Origin: Flavobacteriales bacterium
Lineage (GTDB): Bacteria > Bacteroidota > Bacteroidia > Flavobacteriales > Flavobacteriaceae
Assembly (NCBI GenBank): GCA_031408335.1
Contig: JANNWH010000014.1
Coordinates: 8,784-72,783 of the forward strand
Direction: 5' to 3'
DNA length: 64,000 nt
This document shows positions 39,775-48,908 of the stretch, in pieces; position 1 is the first letter of the stretch, and the number at the start of each line of letters is the position of its first letter. A model generated the notes under the pieces. It worked only from the letters and a program-made list of their open reading frames with translations, was not told where the DNA came from and ran no database searches. Made by a program: the position numbers and the translations under genes.

Positions 39775-39940
39775 AAATAAATTTTTAAAAATTAAAAAAC
39801 AAAAATAATTATATCTGATTAGAATCCTAAATTTTTAACAAAATAAATTAAAATAAAAGCCCAATAAAAAAGATTATTGAGCTTTTAAACAACAAACAAA
39901 ACACTCGAGGCTACGCCGAACTGAGCGAAGCTAAACCTAA

Positions 39941-42154
39941 TTAAAATCTGTACGTTACTTTTCCTTTTAAAAAGAAAGGTGTTCCAGGAGTAAAATGAAT
40001 TTCTTCAACACTTTCTGATTCGTTTTGCAATTGCGATTCGGTTGCAAATTGCGTTTCATTCCATTTGGTATTAAAAATGTTTTCTGCAGAAATTCCGAAA
40101 GTGATATTTTTATAATCATAATTTAAATTTAAATCAGAAACCATATAGCCTTTGGCTACAATCGAATTGTCTTCGTTTGCTGGACGCGATTTTAAATAAC
40201 GATAATGAAATCCGCCTGAAAAACCTTTATACTTAGTTAAATTTAATCCAGCTGTAGAAGTAAAATCGGGTGCTAACGGAATAAAATCTTGTCCTTTTGG
40301 TTCGTCTATACTTCTTCCATAAGTATAATTTAAATCGGTATCAAAAAACAAGTAATTGGTGAGTTGGTAACGCAATCCAAAATCGATTCCTAGTCTACGT
40401 GATTTTCCGCTTGGCTCTACTATTCCGGCATCGCCAACATAAACAAATTCTTGTTCTAAATCTAAAAACCACAGCGCAGTATTGACTATGAGTCGTGGAA
40501 AAGGTTTAAAAATAGTTCCCAAGTCAACACCTAATGCAGTAGGCAAAATTGATTTTCCAGATTGCTCTACAACAACACGAGTATCATTAGAATGGAAACC
40601 TAAACCTGATTTTAAAAACAACTGAAAATTAGCATTTTGCGAATAGATAAAATTTAGTTTTGGAGATAATTTTACTTTATCTTCACTTAGCGTTTTATAA
40701 TTAATAGCTAATTTGTCTTGGTAATTAAACTTAAAATAATCAAATCTTATTGCTGGATTTATTTTTAGTTTACCAAAATCAAATTCCGAATTTAAATACG
40801 AGAAAATAGTGGTTTGATCGATATCACCTAATTTCAAACTCACTAATGTTGTACTTCTATTAACTGTGTGTGAAAGTTCGGTATTGGTTGTTTCATCTGC
40901 TCGAAATCCGAATCCAAGTTGAAATAAAGCTTTAGAATTATTAATTGTAACTTTTTTATTGACTTCTGAATTCAAACCATAAATATTTCTACTTTCTTTT
41001 TGTCGGATTTGATCACCGTTAATTGGATCCTCTAAGAAAAAGGTGAAATTTGAATACAATTCGAAATCATAATTAGAATAAAACGCATTCGATTTCACAA
41101 AAGTTGTTTCATTAATTGGCTTAGTGTAGGCAATATTAAAATTAGTTCGTGAGGTTTTTCCGCCTTCAGTATCATCAACAGAGCCAAATCTGGAAATAGA
41201 ACCGTTATCGATTAATCGTTGCGGAATTTGACCAGAAGCATCCCATTTACTGGTAAAACGCGATCCAATAATTGATATCTTACTGTTGTTATTTAAAACA
41301 CTGGTGTATTTTCCGAACAGATTAATTCGTTTAAAGTTTTGAGGCGAATCAAACGGACCATCTGTTAAAACATATTCGGTTGCAAAATAGGCGTTTTGAT
41401 TTTTCTTGTTTTCTAAAAGATTAAAAATTCCAACAGTTCGTATCGTATTAAATTGACCTGCTTCGATACTTATTGCGCTTTTATCAAATTTTTCTTTAGT
41501 TTGAAAAGCCACATAACCAGCCGTCGCAAAATCGCCTTTATCAGCATAATAAGTTCCTTTACCATAGTCGATTTTTTCAATGGTTTCTGGAATCACAAAA
41601 TGCAAATCGGCGTAACCTTGTCCGTGCGCATGTGAAACCATATTTACCGGCATTCCGTCAACAGAAATCGCAATATCAGTTCCGTGATCGATATCAAAAC
41701 CACGCAGGAAAATTTGCTCTGCTTTGCCTCCACCAGCATGCTGACCGATGAATAATCCGGGTACTTTTCGCAAGATTTCTTGAGAAGAATTTACCGGATT
41801 TGTTTGCAAATCAATTTTAGATATTACATTCATTGCGTTCAATTTTGATTGAATAACGACTTCATCTAATTTATAATTATCTAATTCTAAAACTATTCTT
41901 ATTTCGTTTGAATTAACCGTGTAATTTATTTTTTTGTAACCTAAACATGAAATGATAAGGATATCATTTATTGCTGTTTTATCGATAAAAAACTGACCAA
42001 ATTCATCTGTATGAGCGTGCGATTGAGAAGCTGAATTAACAATGTATGCGTTTTCAATTGCAATTGAATTACTATCTAAAACAATACCTTTTTGAATTTG
42101 ACTGTATGAAGAAAACATAATAAACATAAGAGCTAATGATAAAATTGATTTCAT
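39941..42154 (-). CDS. TonB-dependent receptor with HAHGQG plug motif
   Basis: LRKVPG, QHAGGGKAEQIFLRGFDIDHG, VSHAHGQGYADLHF; C-terminal YRF. Confidence 0.92.
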   Translation of the reverse strand: MKSILSLALMFIMFSSYSQIQKGIVLDSNSIAIENAYIVNSASQSHAHTDEFGQFFIDKTAINDILIISCLGYKKINYTVNSNEIRIVLELDNYKLDEVVIQSKLNAMNVISKIDLQTNPVNSSQEILRKVPGLFIGQHAGGGKAEQIFLRGFDIDHGTDIAISVDGMPVNMVSHAHGQGYADLHFVIPETIEKIDYGKGTYYADKGDFATAGYVAFQTKEKFDKSAISIEAGQFNTIRTVGIFNLLENKKNQNAYFATEYVLTDGPFDSPQNFKRINLFGKYTSVLNNNSKISIIGSRFTSKWDASGQIPQRLIDNGSISRFGSVDDTEGGKTSRTNFNIAYTKPINETTFVKSNAFYSNYDFELYSNFTFFLEDPINGDQIRQKESRNIYGLNSEVNKKVTINNSKALFQLGFGFRADETTNTELSHTVNRSTTLVSLKLGDIDQTTIFSYLNSEFDFGKLKINPAIRFDYFKFNYQDKLAINYKTLSEDKVKLSPKLNFIYSQNANFQLFLKSGLGFHSNDTRVVVEQSGKSILPTALGVDLGTIFKPFPRLIVNTALWFLDLEQEFVYVGDAGIVEPSGKSRRLGIDFGLRYQLTNYLFFDTDLNYTYGRSIDEPKGQDFIPLAPDFTSTAGLNLTKYKGFSGGFHYRYLKSRPANEDNSIVAKGYMVSDLNLNYDYKNITFGISAENIFNTKWNETQFATESQLQNESESVEEIHFTPGTPFFLKGKVTYRF

Positions 42155-43449
42155 TATAATTGCACTATTTTGTTAGTGTAAATTGGACCAAGTTCATATT
42201 CACTTCCTTTTAATTCTTCTTTAATTAATGCTACTTCATCACCCTTTTTATTGGCTTTATAAATTACCGCTAGATGATAATTGAGCATTGGTTCGAATGA
42301 TTTTCCATAAACATATTGCTGTGCAATTTCAAATGCTTTTTTGGTATCACCAACATTAAAATATGCCCAAGCCAATAAATCATACGAATCTGGAGTTGGT
42401 CGTTGTGCTACTTCAATTTTAGCAATTTCTAGTGCTTTTGAAGCTGTTATTTTATCATCAGCATAAATTAAAGTATTGTATTTATTATACATCGCACCAT
42501 ATTTAGTATTCTCAAGCATTTTGAAATATTTATCTAAATTTTCTTTTTTATCTGAAGTATTATTTTCAAATTGAGCAATTTTTGATTTTAATAAATAAAA
42601 ATCGGGTGTATCATGTTTTTGAGAAATTTTATCAATAATTCGTTTTGCTTCTGCAGTATTTTTTTCGTGAGAAAATGCAATCCAAGCAATTCCTTTTAAA
42701 GCATAACTATGATTGGGTTCTAATGCTAATGTTTTTAGATAATAATTATAAGAAGCATTTATGTTTCCGTCATGACCATTTAAATCACCTAAATTAGAAT
42801 AAGTCCATTTTATCAGATCTTTATTTTCGTTTACCTCAGCAACGATTTTAGCTTTTTCCATAAAAGAAATAGCTGTTTTTAAATCGCCTTTGTGATCGCT
42901 CCATTTTGAAATTCTAATTAAATAATCAAAATCTTTAAAATCTTTAATTGCATTCAGGTTTTTTTCAGCTTCTGAATAATTCCCTAATTCCATATTGACA
43001 TCAAAAAGCAATTTCTGAGTTTCTTTCATTCCTTCACCAATAGCCAAAGCTTTATTAGCTAAAACTAGTGCTTCTTTAAATCGATGTTGCGAAATGTAAT
43101 TTCTGGCTAAAGAACGAATAGTTCCTACAATTGAATATTTATAGGTTTCATTAGATTTTATTAATAATTCTTCTGTTTTAATTAAATAATCAATGTTTCC
43201 AGTAATTTCAAAAAGCTTAGAATAGTTGGATGCTATTGGACTTAAAAAAGTAATTTGATTTGGAGTAGCATCGAATTTTTTTTGCCAAAAATCGATTTCA
43301 CTTTTAGCAAAGTCGAGTGATTTACTGTCTTTACTATCTAAATATTTATTATAATCGTTTTGATTTGTAATTTGATTTGATTTTGATTCACAACTTATTA
43401 TGCTATAAGAAGCAAAAACAAGGATCAATAGTTTTTGTAGCGTTTTCAT
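42154..43449 (-). CDS. TPR-repeat lipoprotein
   Basis: Lipobox IISC; helical TPR pattern; overlaps the TBDR start. Confidence 0.85.
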   Translation of the reverse strand: MKTLQKLLILVFASYSIISCESKSNQITNQNDYNKYLDSKDSKSLDFAKSEIDFWQKKFDATPNQITFLSPIASNYSKLFEITGNIDYLIKTEELLIKSNETYKYSIVGTIRSLARNYISQHRFKEALVLANKALAIGEGMKETQKLLFDVNMELGNYSEAEKNLNAIKDFKDFDYLIRISKWSDHKGDLKTAISFMEKAKIVAEVNENKDLIKWTYSNLGDLNGHDGNINASYNYYLKTLALEPNHSYALKGIAWIAFSHEKNTAEAKRIIDKISQKHDTPDFYLLKSKIAQFENNTSDKKENLDKYFKMLENTKYGAMYNKYNTLIYADDKITASKALEIAKIEVAQRPTPDSYDLLAWAYFNVGDTKKAFEIAQQYVYGKSFEPMLNYHLAVIYKANKKGDEVALIKEELKGSEYELGPIYTNKIVQL

Positions 43450-43479
43450 TCTGTTTGTTGTTTTGTTGTTTTGTTAAAA

Positions 43480-43509
43480 AACAGAGCGCAATAAGTACTG
43501 CGCTCTGTT
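43480..43509 (-). terminator. Hairpin after DUF4331 lipoprotein copy 2
   Basis: AACAGAGCGCA-ataagtac-TGCGCTCTGTT. Confidence 0.7.
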
Positions 43510-43519
43510 ATTATTTATA

Positions 43520-44065
43520 CTACCAAGAAGCAGCTAAATAAGGAAATGATGGTAAAAATGCTTTATCATTAGCATTTACGTTATCCGAAGTTAATGTTGG
43601 ATTCAAAGCATTCGTTGGTCCACCAAAAATTAAAATCAATTCCACATCAATTACATCATCAGCTAAGCCTCTACCTGTTAAAACTTGTGTTCCGTTATAG
43701 AAAGAAGTAGGTCCGGTTTTTGCAACACCTAGAACATCAGTTGCTAAAACACCTGTAAAAGCAGCAGCATCTAATCCGAGTAAGTTTGTAGTATAACCAG
43801 GATTCAAAGCTAATAATCTTGACTGAAAAATAGGTTGATAAGTAGCACCCTGAGCTGAAGGAATTGCTAAATTAAATGCATCTTTTGGAGCACCAGATGC
43901 AATAAAAACAGTATTAATTGCTGGACGTGCCATTTGATCTTTTAGTAAATAAGTTCCTGAAAAATCGGTTTCTGCTGCTGGAGCATCATCATCATTATCA
44001 CAACTTGTAAATGCAACAGCTGTTAAAACAGATAACACTATTACTTTAAATTTATTTGTCTTCAT
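43520..44065 (-). CDS. DUF4331-like lipoprotein (C-half motifs), copy 2
   Basis: Lipobox FTSC; DQMARPAINT, GRGLADDVID, FPYLAASW. Confidence 0.8.
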   Translation of the reverse strand: MKTNKFKVIVLSVLTAVAFTSCDNDDDAPAAETDFSGTYLLKDQMARPAINTVFIASGAPKDAFNLAIPSAQGATYQPIFQSRLLALNPGYTTNLLGLDAAAFTGVLATDVLGVAKTGPTSFYNGTQVLTGRGLADDVIDVELILIFGGPTNALNPTLTSDNVNANDKAFLPSFPYLAASW

Positions 44066-44091
44066 TTTTTTTACTTTTTAAATTTTAATTA

Positions 44092-44745
44092 TTATTGTTT
44101 TTGTTTTGTTTCTGCCCAAACATTAATGGTTGCAGATGTACCTAACATCGATTTTGGAACTTCAATTATTGTAGCTAAAACATTTGTGCCAGCAAAACTG
44201 TCGGTTCCAGGATTACTAAATCCGCCGGGTGATGTTCCTGCTAAAATTGATCTGAATTTGTTTAAATCAAAAAAGAAAGGATCGTCTCGTGGACCAGCAA
44301 AAAATTTCATTCCGTTTTGTGTTGCAATAATTGGAGCACTTCCGTAAGTAGAAATATCTACATTTCCAGAAGGAGCATTAGTTTTAACAGTACTTGAAAC
44401 GCCTGTTGTTCCTGGAGCAGTTGGTCCGAAGAAATACATTTTGTTTCCTCTTTTAATAGCTTGGATAACTAAATCTTCAACATTGTCGCCATTATTATCA
44501 ATATTAAGTTCAATCATTACATTCTCATTGAATGCAGCAGCAGCAGTAGCTCCTGGAGTTAATAAACCTTGGGTATTTATTGCAAATACCATGTTGTTAG
44601 TGTCTTGCCCTTGAAAAGCGTACACATCGGTAATGTCATTTGCATTACCTGTTACTGCTGGCGCATCTGCGTGATCGGCAGCAATAAAAATTAGACCTGA
44701 AATCGCAACTAACGATAGACCTACGAACATTTTTGTTTTTTTCAT
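44092..44745 (-). CDS. DUF4331 family protein (N-half motifs), copy 2
   Basis: ADHADAP, DITDVYAF, GPRDDPFFFD, DSFAGTNV. Confidence 0.85.
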   Translation of the reverse strand: MKKTKMFVGLSLVAISGLIFIAADHADAPAVTGNANDITDVYAFQGQDTNNMVFAINTQGLLTPGATAAAAFNENVMIELNIDNNGDNVEDLVIQAIKRGNKMYFFGPTAPGTTGVSSTVKTNAPSGNVDISTYGSAPIIATQNGMKFFAGPRDDPFFFDLNKFRSILAGTSPGGFSNPGTDSFAGTNVLATIIEVPKSMLGTSATINVWAETKQKQ

Positions 44746-44774
44746 TGTTATATGTTTTAATGAGTTAAAAAAGG

Positions 44775-44804
44775 ATATACGAGTAAAAATTGTTTTTGGT
44801 TTTA
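44775..44804 (-). promoter_or_regulatory. Candidate ECF promoter
   Basis: TAAAACC-N16-CGTATAT on minus strand. Confidence 0.65.
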
Positions 44805-44835
44805 ATAATTGAAAAAATATTATTTTAATTGAAAA

Positions 44836-44867
44836 AATCAGAGTGCAATACTTATTGCACTCTGATT
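44836..44867 (-). terminator. Hairpin after DUF4331 lipoprotein copy 1
   Basis: AATCAGAGTGCAATA-ct-TATTGCACTCTGATT. Confidence 0.75.
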
Positions 44868-44875
44868 AATTTATT

Positions 44876-45448
44876 TTACCAAGCTGACGCTAAGTAAGGA
44901 AATGAAGGCAAAAAAATTTTGTCATTTGAATTAACATTATCCGATGTTAATCCAGGATTTGAAGCACCAGTTGGTCCGCCAAAAACTAATAATAAATCAA
45001 CATTAATCACATCATCTGCCAAAGCTCTTCCTGTTAAAATATTAGTACCATCAAAGAAAGTAGTTGGAGCAACTTTACTAACATTCAAAACATCTGTTGC
45101 TAACAATCCAGTTAATTGAGAAGCTGTTTGACCCAATGCATTGGTAGTATAACCTGGATTTAAAGCTAATAATCTTGACTGAAAAACACCTTGATAAGCA
45201 GCACCCATTGCAGATGGAATAGCAAAGTTAAATGCATCTTTCGGTGCTCCAGAAGCAATAAATACTGTATTTGTAACTGGTCGTGCCATTTGATCTTGTT
45301 GTACATAGGTACCTGAAAATTTTCTTCCCGGTCTAGCTAATTGATCAGTATTAGTCTCGTCTATACTATCATTATTATCACAACTAACAAAAAGAGCTGA
45401 TAAAGAAATAAATGATAAGGCTATAATTTTAAAATTTAATGTTTTCAT
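44876..45448 (-). CDS. DUF4331-like lipoprotein (C-half motifs), copy 1
   Basis: Lipobox FVSC; DQMARPVTNT, GRALADDVIN, FPYLASAW. Confidence 0.8.
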   Translation of the reverse strand: MKTLNFKIIALSFISLSALFVSCDNNDSIDETNTDQLARPGRKFSGTYVQQDQMARPVTNTVFIASGAPKDAFNFAIPSAMGAAYQGVFQSRLLALNPGYTTNALGQTASQLTGLLATDVLNVSKVAPTTFFDGTNILTGRALADDVINVDLLLVFGGPTGASNPGLTSDNVNSNDKIFLPSFPYLASAW

Positions 45449-45471
45449 TTTATATTTTTTATTTAAATTAA

Positions 45472-46122
45472 TTATTGTTTTCTATTAGTGGTCGCCCAAA
45501 TGCTAATTGTAGAGGAATTACCTAACATTGATTTTGGCAACTCAATTATAGTTGATAACACATTTGTACCCGCAAAACTGTCTGTACCAGGATTACTAAA
45601 CACAGTTGAAGTACCTGCTAAAATTGATCTAAATTTATTCAAATCAAAAAAGAAAGGATCATCTCTTGGACCAGCAAAAAATTTCATCCCATTTTTAGTT
45701 TTGATAATTGGATCACTTCCATAAGGTGTAATTTTTACTTTTCCAGATTCTTCACGATCATCAATTTCGCTGTTTACTCCTGTAGACTCTGGTGCATAAG
45801 GACCAAAGAAATACATGTCTTTTTTGTCTCTAATAGCTTGGATAACTAAATCTTCAACATTATCACCATTCGTGTCAATGTTAATTTCTTGCATAACATT
45901 TTCGTTAAAAGCAGCAGTAGCAGTAGCTCCTGGCGATAACAATCCTTGGGTATTTACTACAAATACCATGTTGTTGGGATCTTGCCCTTGAAAAGCATAC
46001 ACATCGGTAATGTCATTTGCATTACCAGTTACAGCTGGAGCATCTGCGTGATCGGCTGCCATAAAAACCAGACCTGTAATCGCCACCAGCGACAGAACTA
46101 ATACAATCTTTGTTTTTTTCAT
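45472..46122 (-). CDS. DUF4331 family protein (N-half motifs), copy 1
   Basis: Same motifs as 44092-44745. Confidence 0.85.
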   Translation of the reverse strand: MKKTKIVLVLSLVAITGLVFMAADHADAPAVTGNANDITDVYAFQGQDPNNMVFVVNTQGLLSPGATATAAFNENVMQEINIDTNGDNVEDLVIQAIRDKKDMYFFGPYAPESTGVNSEIDDREESGKVKITPYGSDPIIKTKNGMKFFAGPRDDPFFFDLNKFRSILAGTSTVFSNPGTDSFAGTNVLSTIIELPKSMLGNSSTISIWATTNRKQ

Positions 46123-46150
46123 TTTAATTAATTTAAAGGGTTAAAAATAG

Positions 46151-46180
46151 ATTTACGAGAAAGCTTACCATTTGGATTTA
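46151..46180 (-). promoter_or_regulatory. Candidate ECF promoter
   Basis: TAAATCC-N16-CGTAAAT on minus strand. Confidence 0.65.
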
Positions 46181-46274
46181 TAAAACATAAAATAATTCGC
46201 AAACATCTGTTTTACAATATTTTATAAATTATTTTTTATAAATTAATTTTGTTTTGAAAAAAAAATTATATTTA

Positions 46275-46304
46275 TAAAACCAAAACAAAAAAACTCTCGT
46301 ATAT
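46275..46304 (+). promoter_or_regulatory. Candidate autoregulatory ECF promoter
   Basis: TAAAACC-N16-CGTATAT upstream of the sigma gene. Confidence 0.65.
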
Positions 46305-46331
46305 GTTCACAACAACAAAAAAACAAAAACA

Positions 46332-46862
46332 ATGAGTCAAGAAGAATTAATTCCGTTAATCCTTAAGAAGGATGAACGGGCGTTTACTATCCTATATGAT
46401 ATGTATTCGAAGAGTTTATTTTCGGTAATTTCAAATTTTTTAAAAGAGAGCGAAGATGCTGAAGATGTTTTACAAGAAGTATTTGTGAAAATATGGAAAA
46501 GTATTGATAGTTATAATGAAAGTAAAGGAAGGCTATATACTTGGATGCTTAATATTGCAAGGAACACTTCAATTGATAAATTGCGCTCTAAAGGATTCAA
46601 CAACAGTCAAAAAAACCTATCAGCAGATAATTTCGTACATCTATTGGACGACAGTAACAAATTAATCAATAGGATCGATACTATTGGAATTCGAGAATTT
46701 GTTGCTAAATTAAAACCAAAGTGTATTCAATTGATTGAATTATTATTCTTTCAAGGATTTACACAACAAGAAGCTTCCGACGAATTAGAAATTCCGTTGG
46801 GAACTGTAAAAACGCAAAATAGAAATTGCATCAATGATTTAAGAACCTATTTAAAAGTATAA
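46332..46862 (+). CDS. ECF RNA polymerase sigma factor (SigK-like)
   Basis: AEDVLQEVFVKIW, WMLNIARNTSIDKLR, EIPLGTVKT. Confidence 0.93.
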   Translation: MSQEELIPLILKKDERAFTILYDMYSKSLFSVISNFLKESEDAEDVLQEVFVKIWKSIDSYNESKGRLYTWMLNIARNTSIDKLRSKGFNNSQKNLSADNFVHLLDDSNKLINRIDTIGIREFVAKLKPKCIQLIELLFFQGFTQQEASDELEIPLGTVKTQNRNCINDLRTYLKV

Positions 46863-47650
46863 TGAGTACAATAGAAACAATAAATTCAGGCGATTTAGAG
46901 CTTTACGTTTATGGTGTATTAAACGAAAATGAAATGAATCAAATTGCAGAACTATCAAAATCAGATAGTGCAATAAAAAACGAAATTATATCGATTGAGA
47001 ATAGTATTTTACAATTATCCAGTAGCTTTTCTCCTACCATTTCTTCAGAAATTTATGAAAAAATTAAAACTAAATTAGGTTTAAAACCTGTTAGTATTGT
47101 TACGATGAAACCAAAATCAAATCTTTCGCAATATTTAAGTTGGGCAGCATCTTTAGCATTGTTAATTGGAATTGGTTATCAATACAACAAACAAATTACT
47201 ACCGAAAATAAAATAGTAACTATAGAAAAAGAAAAAGTAAAATTGAACGAGGCTGTTGCAACTTCTGAAGGTAAAATAAAAGAAACAAAAGCAGCTTTAG
47301 ATATTATTAGAGATACCAAAAACACCGTTATAACTCTTGGCGGACAAGCAGTTTCTCCAACATCGTATGCAAAAGTATATTGGAATAAAGAAACTCAAGT
47401 AGTTTATGTTGATGCTGCTGGATTACCAGAACCTCCAACCGGAATGGTATATCAAGTTTGGTCACTAAAATTGAGTCCGACTTTAACACCAACAAGTATT
47501 GGATTATTAGAAGATTTCAAATCGGATAACAATAGGATTTTTGCTGTAAGTACTACTGGCGATGCCGAAGCATTCGGAATTACATTAGAACCAGCTGGTG
47601 GAAGTAAAACGCCAACAATGGAACAATTATATGCATTAGGAAAAGTGTAA
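46862..47650 (+). CDS. RskA-type anti-sigma factor
   Basis: LELYVYGVL N-terminus, one TM, LPEPPTGMVYQVW, AFGITLEPAGGSKTPT. Confidence 0.9.
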   Translation: MSTIETINSGDLELYVYGVLNENEMNQIAELSKSDSAIKNEIISIENSILQLSSSFSPTISSEIYEKIKTKLGLKPVSIVTMKPKSNLSQYLSWAASLALLIGIGYQYNKQITTENKIVTIEKEKVKLNEAVATSEGKIKETKAALDIIRDTKNTVITLGGQAVSPTSYAKVYWNKETQVVYVDAAGLPEPPTGMVYQVWSLKLSPTLTPTSIGLLEDFKSDNNRIFAVSTTGDAEAFGITLEPAGGSKTPTMEQLYALGKV

Positions 47651-47707
47651 ATAAATTATATTTATTGTAAGTAAATTTTATACTTCCATTTCATAATATG
47701 CTTTTTA

Positions 47708-47744
47708 AAATCTTTGTCAAAGTAGTAAGCTTTGACAAAGATTT
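47708..47744. repeat. Perfect 15-bp inverted repeat between convergent genes
   Basis: AAATCTTTGTCAAAG-tagtaag-CTTTGACAAAGATTT. Confidence 0.8.
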
Positions 47745-47773
47745 CCTTATAATAAGCTATCCGTTATCTATTA

Positions 47774-48016
47774 TTAAGGATTCTCTTCCCATAATTTTTT
47801 TACAGCTTCCCAAACCTTCATTCGTAATTCATCCCGACGAAAAACACTATTGTTTGTTGTATATTTTTCAAGTGTTTCTTGTAATAGCTGTAGTTCTTTT
47901 GCTACAGCAGGATAATCATGACACATGATTTCTACTTTTTTTTCTTCTTCATTTGTAAGTACTCCAAGGCAATAATCTTGAAGTATCCCACTTGTGATAT
48001 AGTTTCCTATATTCAT
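47774..48016 (-). CDS. Stand-alone anti-sigma-domain-like protein (80 aa)
   Basis: YITSGILQDYCLGVLTNEE resembles the N-terminus of the 46862 anti-sigma; follows a sigma gene. Confidence 0.7.
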   Translation of the reverse strand: MNIGNYITSGILQDYCLGVLTNEEEKKVEIMCHDYPAVAKELQLLQETLEKYTTNNSVFRRDELRMKVWEAVKKLWEENP

Positions 48017-48065
48017 TTGTTTATTTTATTATTTAATAGTATGCGAATTATAAAAAAATAACTTT

Positions 48066-48686
48066 CTATTGTTGATAAAGCATTTTTAACAAACTAAGTC
48101 CTTTTCTTGCTCTAGTTTTTATTGTTCCCAATGGCAACTTTAAAATTTCAGCCGTTTGTTCTTGTGTCCAGCCATAAAAGTAAATTAAATCAATCACTTC
48201 GGAATATATTGAGTCAAGTTGTAATGCTTTGTTTTTAAAGTCAGAAAATTCTATAGAGCAACTGTTTAAAATTGTATTTCCAATAGTATCCTTACAATGA
48301 GAAAAAAAATCAATTTCTACTTGAAGCTTTTGATTCCGATAACTTGATGAACGTAAGTAATCAATGGCATGGTTTCTAGCTATATTTAACATCCAAGTAT
48401 ATATAGAACCTTTAGAATTGTCATAACTACCAATGTATTTCCATATTTTTACAAAAGTATCTTGCAATAAATCATCAGCTACTTCTGTTCGTTTAACAAG
48501 TTTTATAATCACTCCATAAAGTGCTCCACTATACATAGTATATAAAGTGTGAAAGCCTCTTTCGCTTTTAGATTGAACCAGCTTTACTAGTGAATCAAGA
48601 TCATTATTTGAGTTACAAAACTTAGTATCGCTACTTTTAAATACTGTTATAACTTGTCGTTTTGAATAAGTAGTTGTTGCTATCAT
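48066..48686 (-). CDS. Second ECF sigma factor
   Basis: ADDLLQDTFVKIW, WMLNIARNHAIDYLR, LPLGTIKTRAR. Confidence 0.9.
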   Translation of the reverse strand: MIATTTYSKRQVITVFKSSDTKFCNSNNDLDSLVKLVQSKSERGFHTLYTMYSGALYGVIIKLVKRTEVADDLLQDTFVKIWKYIGSYDNSKGSIYTWMLNIARNHAIDYLRSSSYRNQKLQVEIDFFSHCKDTIGNTILNSCSIEFSDFKNKALQLDSIYSEVIDLIYFYGWTQEQTAEILKLPLGTIKTRARKGLSLLKMLYQQ

Positions 48687-48908
48687 AGTGCTACTATTTT
48701 GCTTGTTTTAGTTACTTTGTTTTATAGAGTAAAACTAACTTTAGCTATTAGCATTGGAAATAGTGATAATCATCATTTTTCAAGAGTAATTTTATAGGAG
48801 AAAGATAAAATCCACTACATTAGCATTTTATAAAAGCATTTCCGTTTTCAAATTAAATGTGCCGTTATAAAACATTGGAAAACAAGGAAAAAACCATACT
48901 AAAAAGTT

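Noticed and set aside
39905-39932. GC-rich patch CGAGGCTACGCCGAACTGAGCGAAGC after the TBDR
   Set aside because: Possibly a decayed repeat, but no clean stem and no second copy in the window
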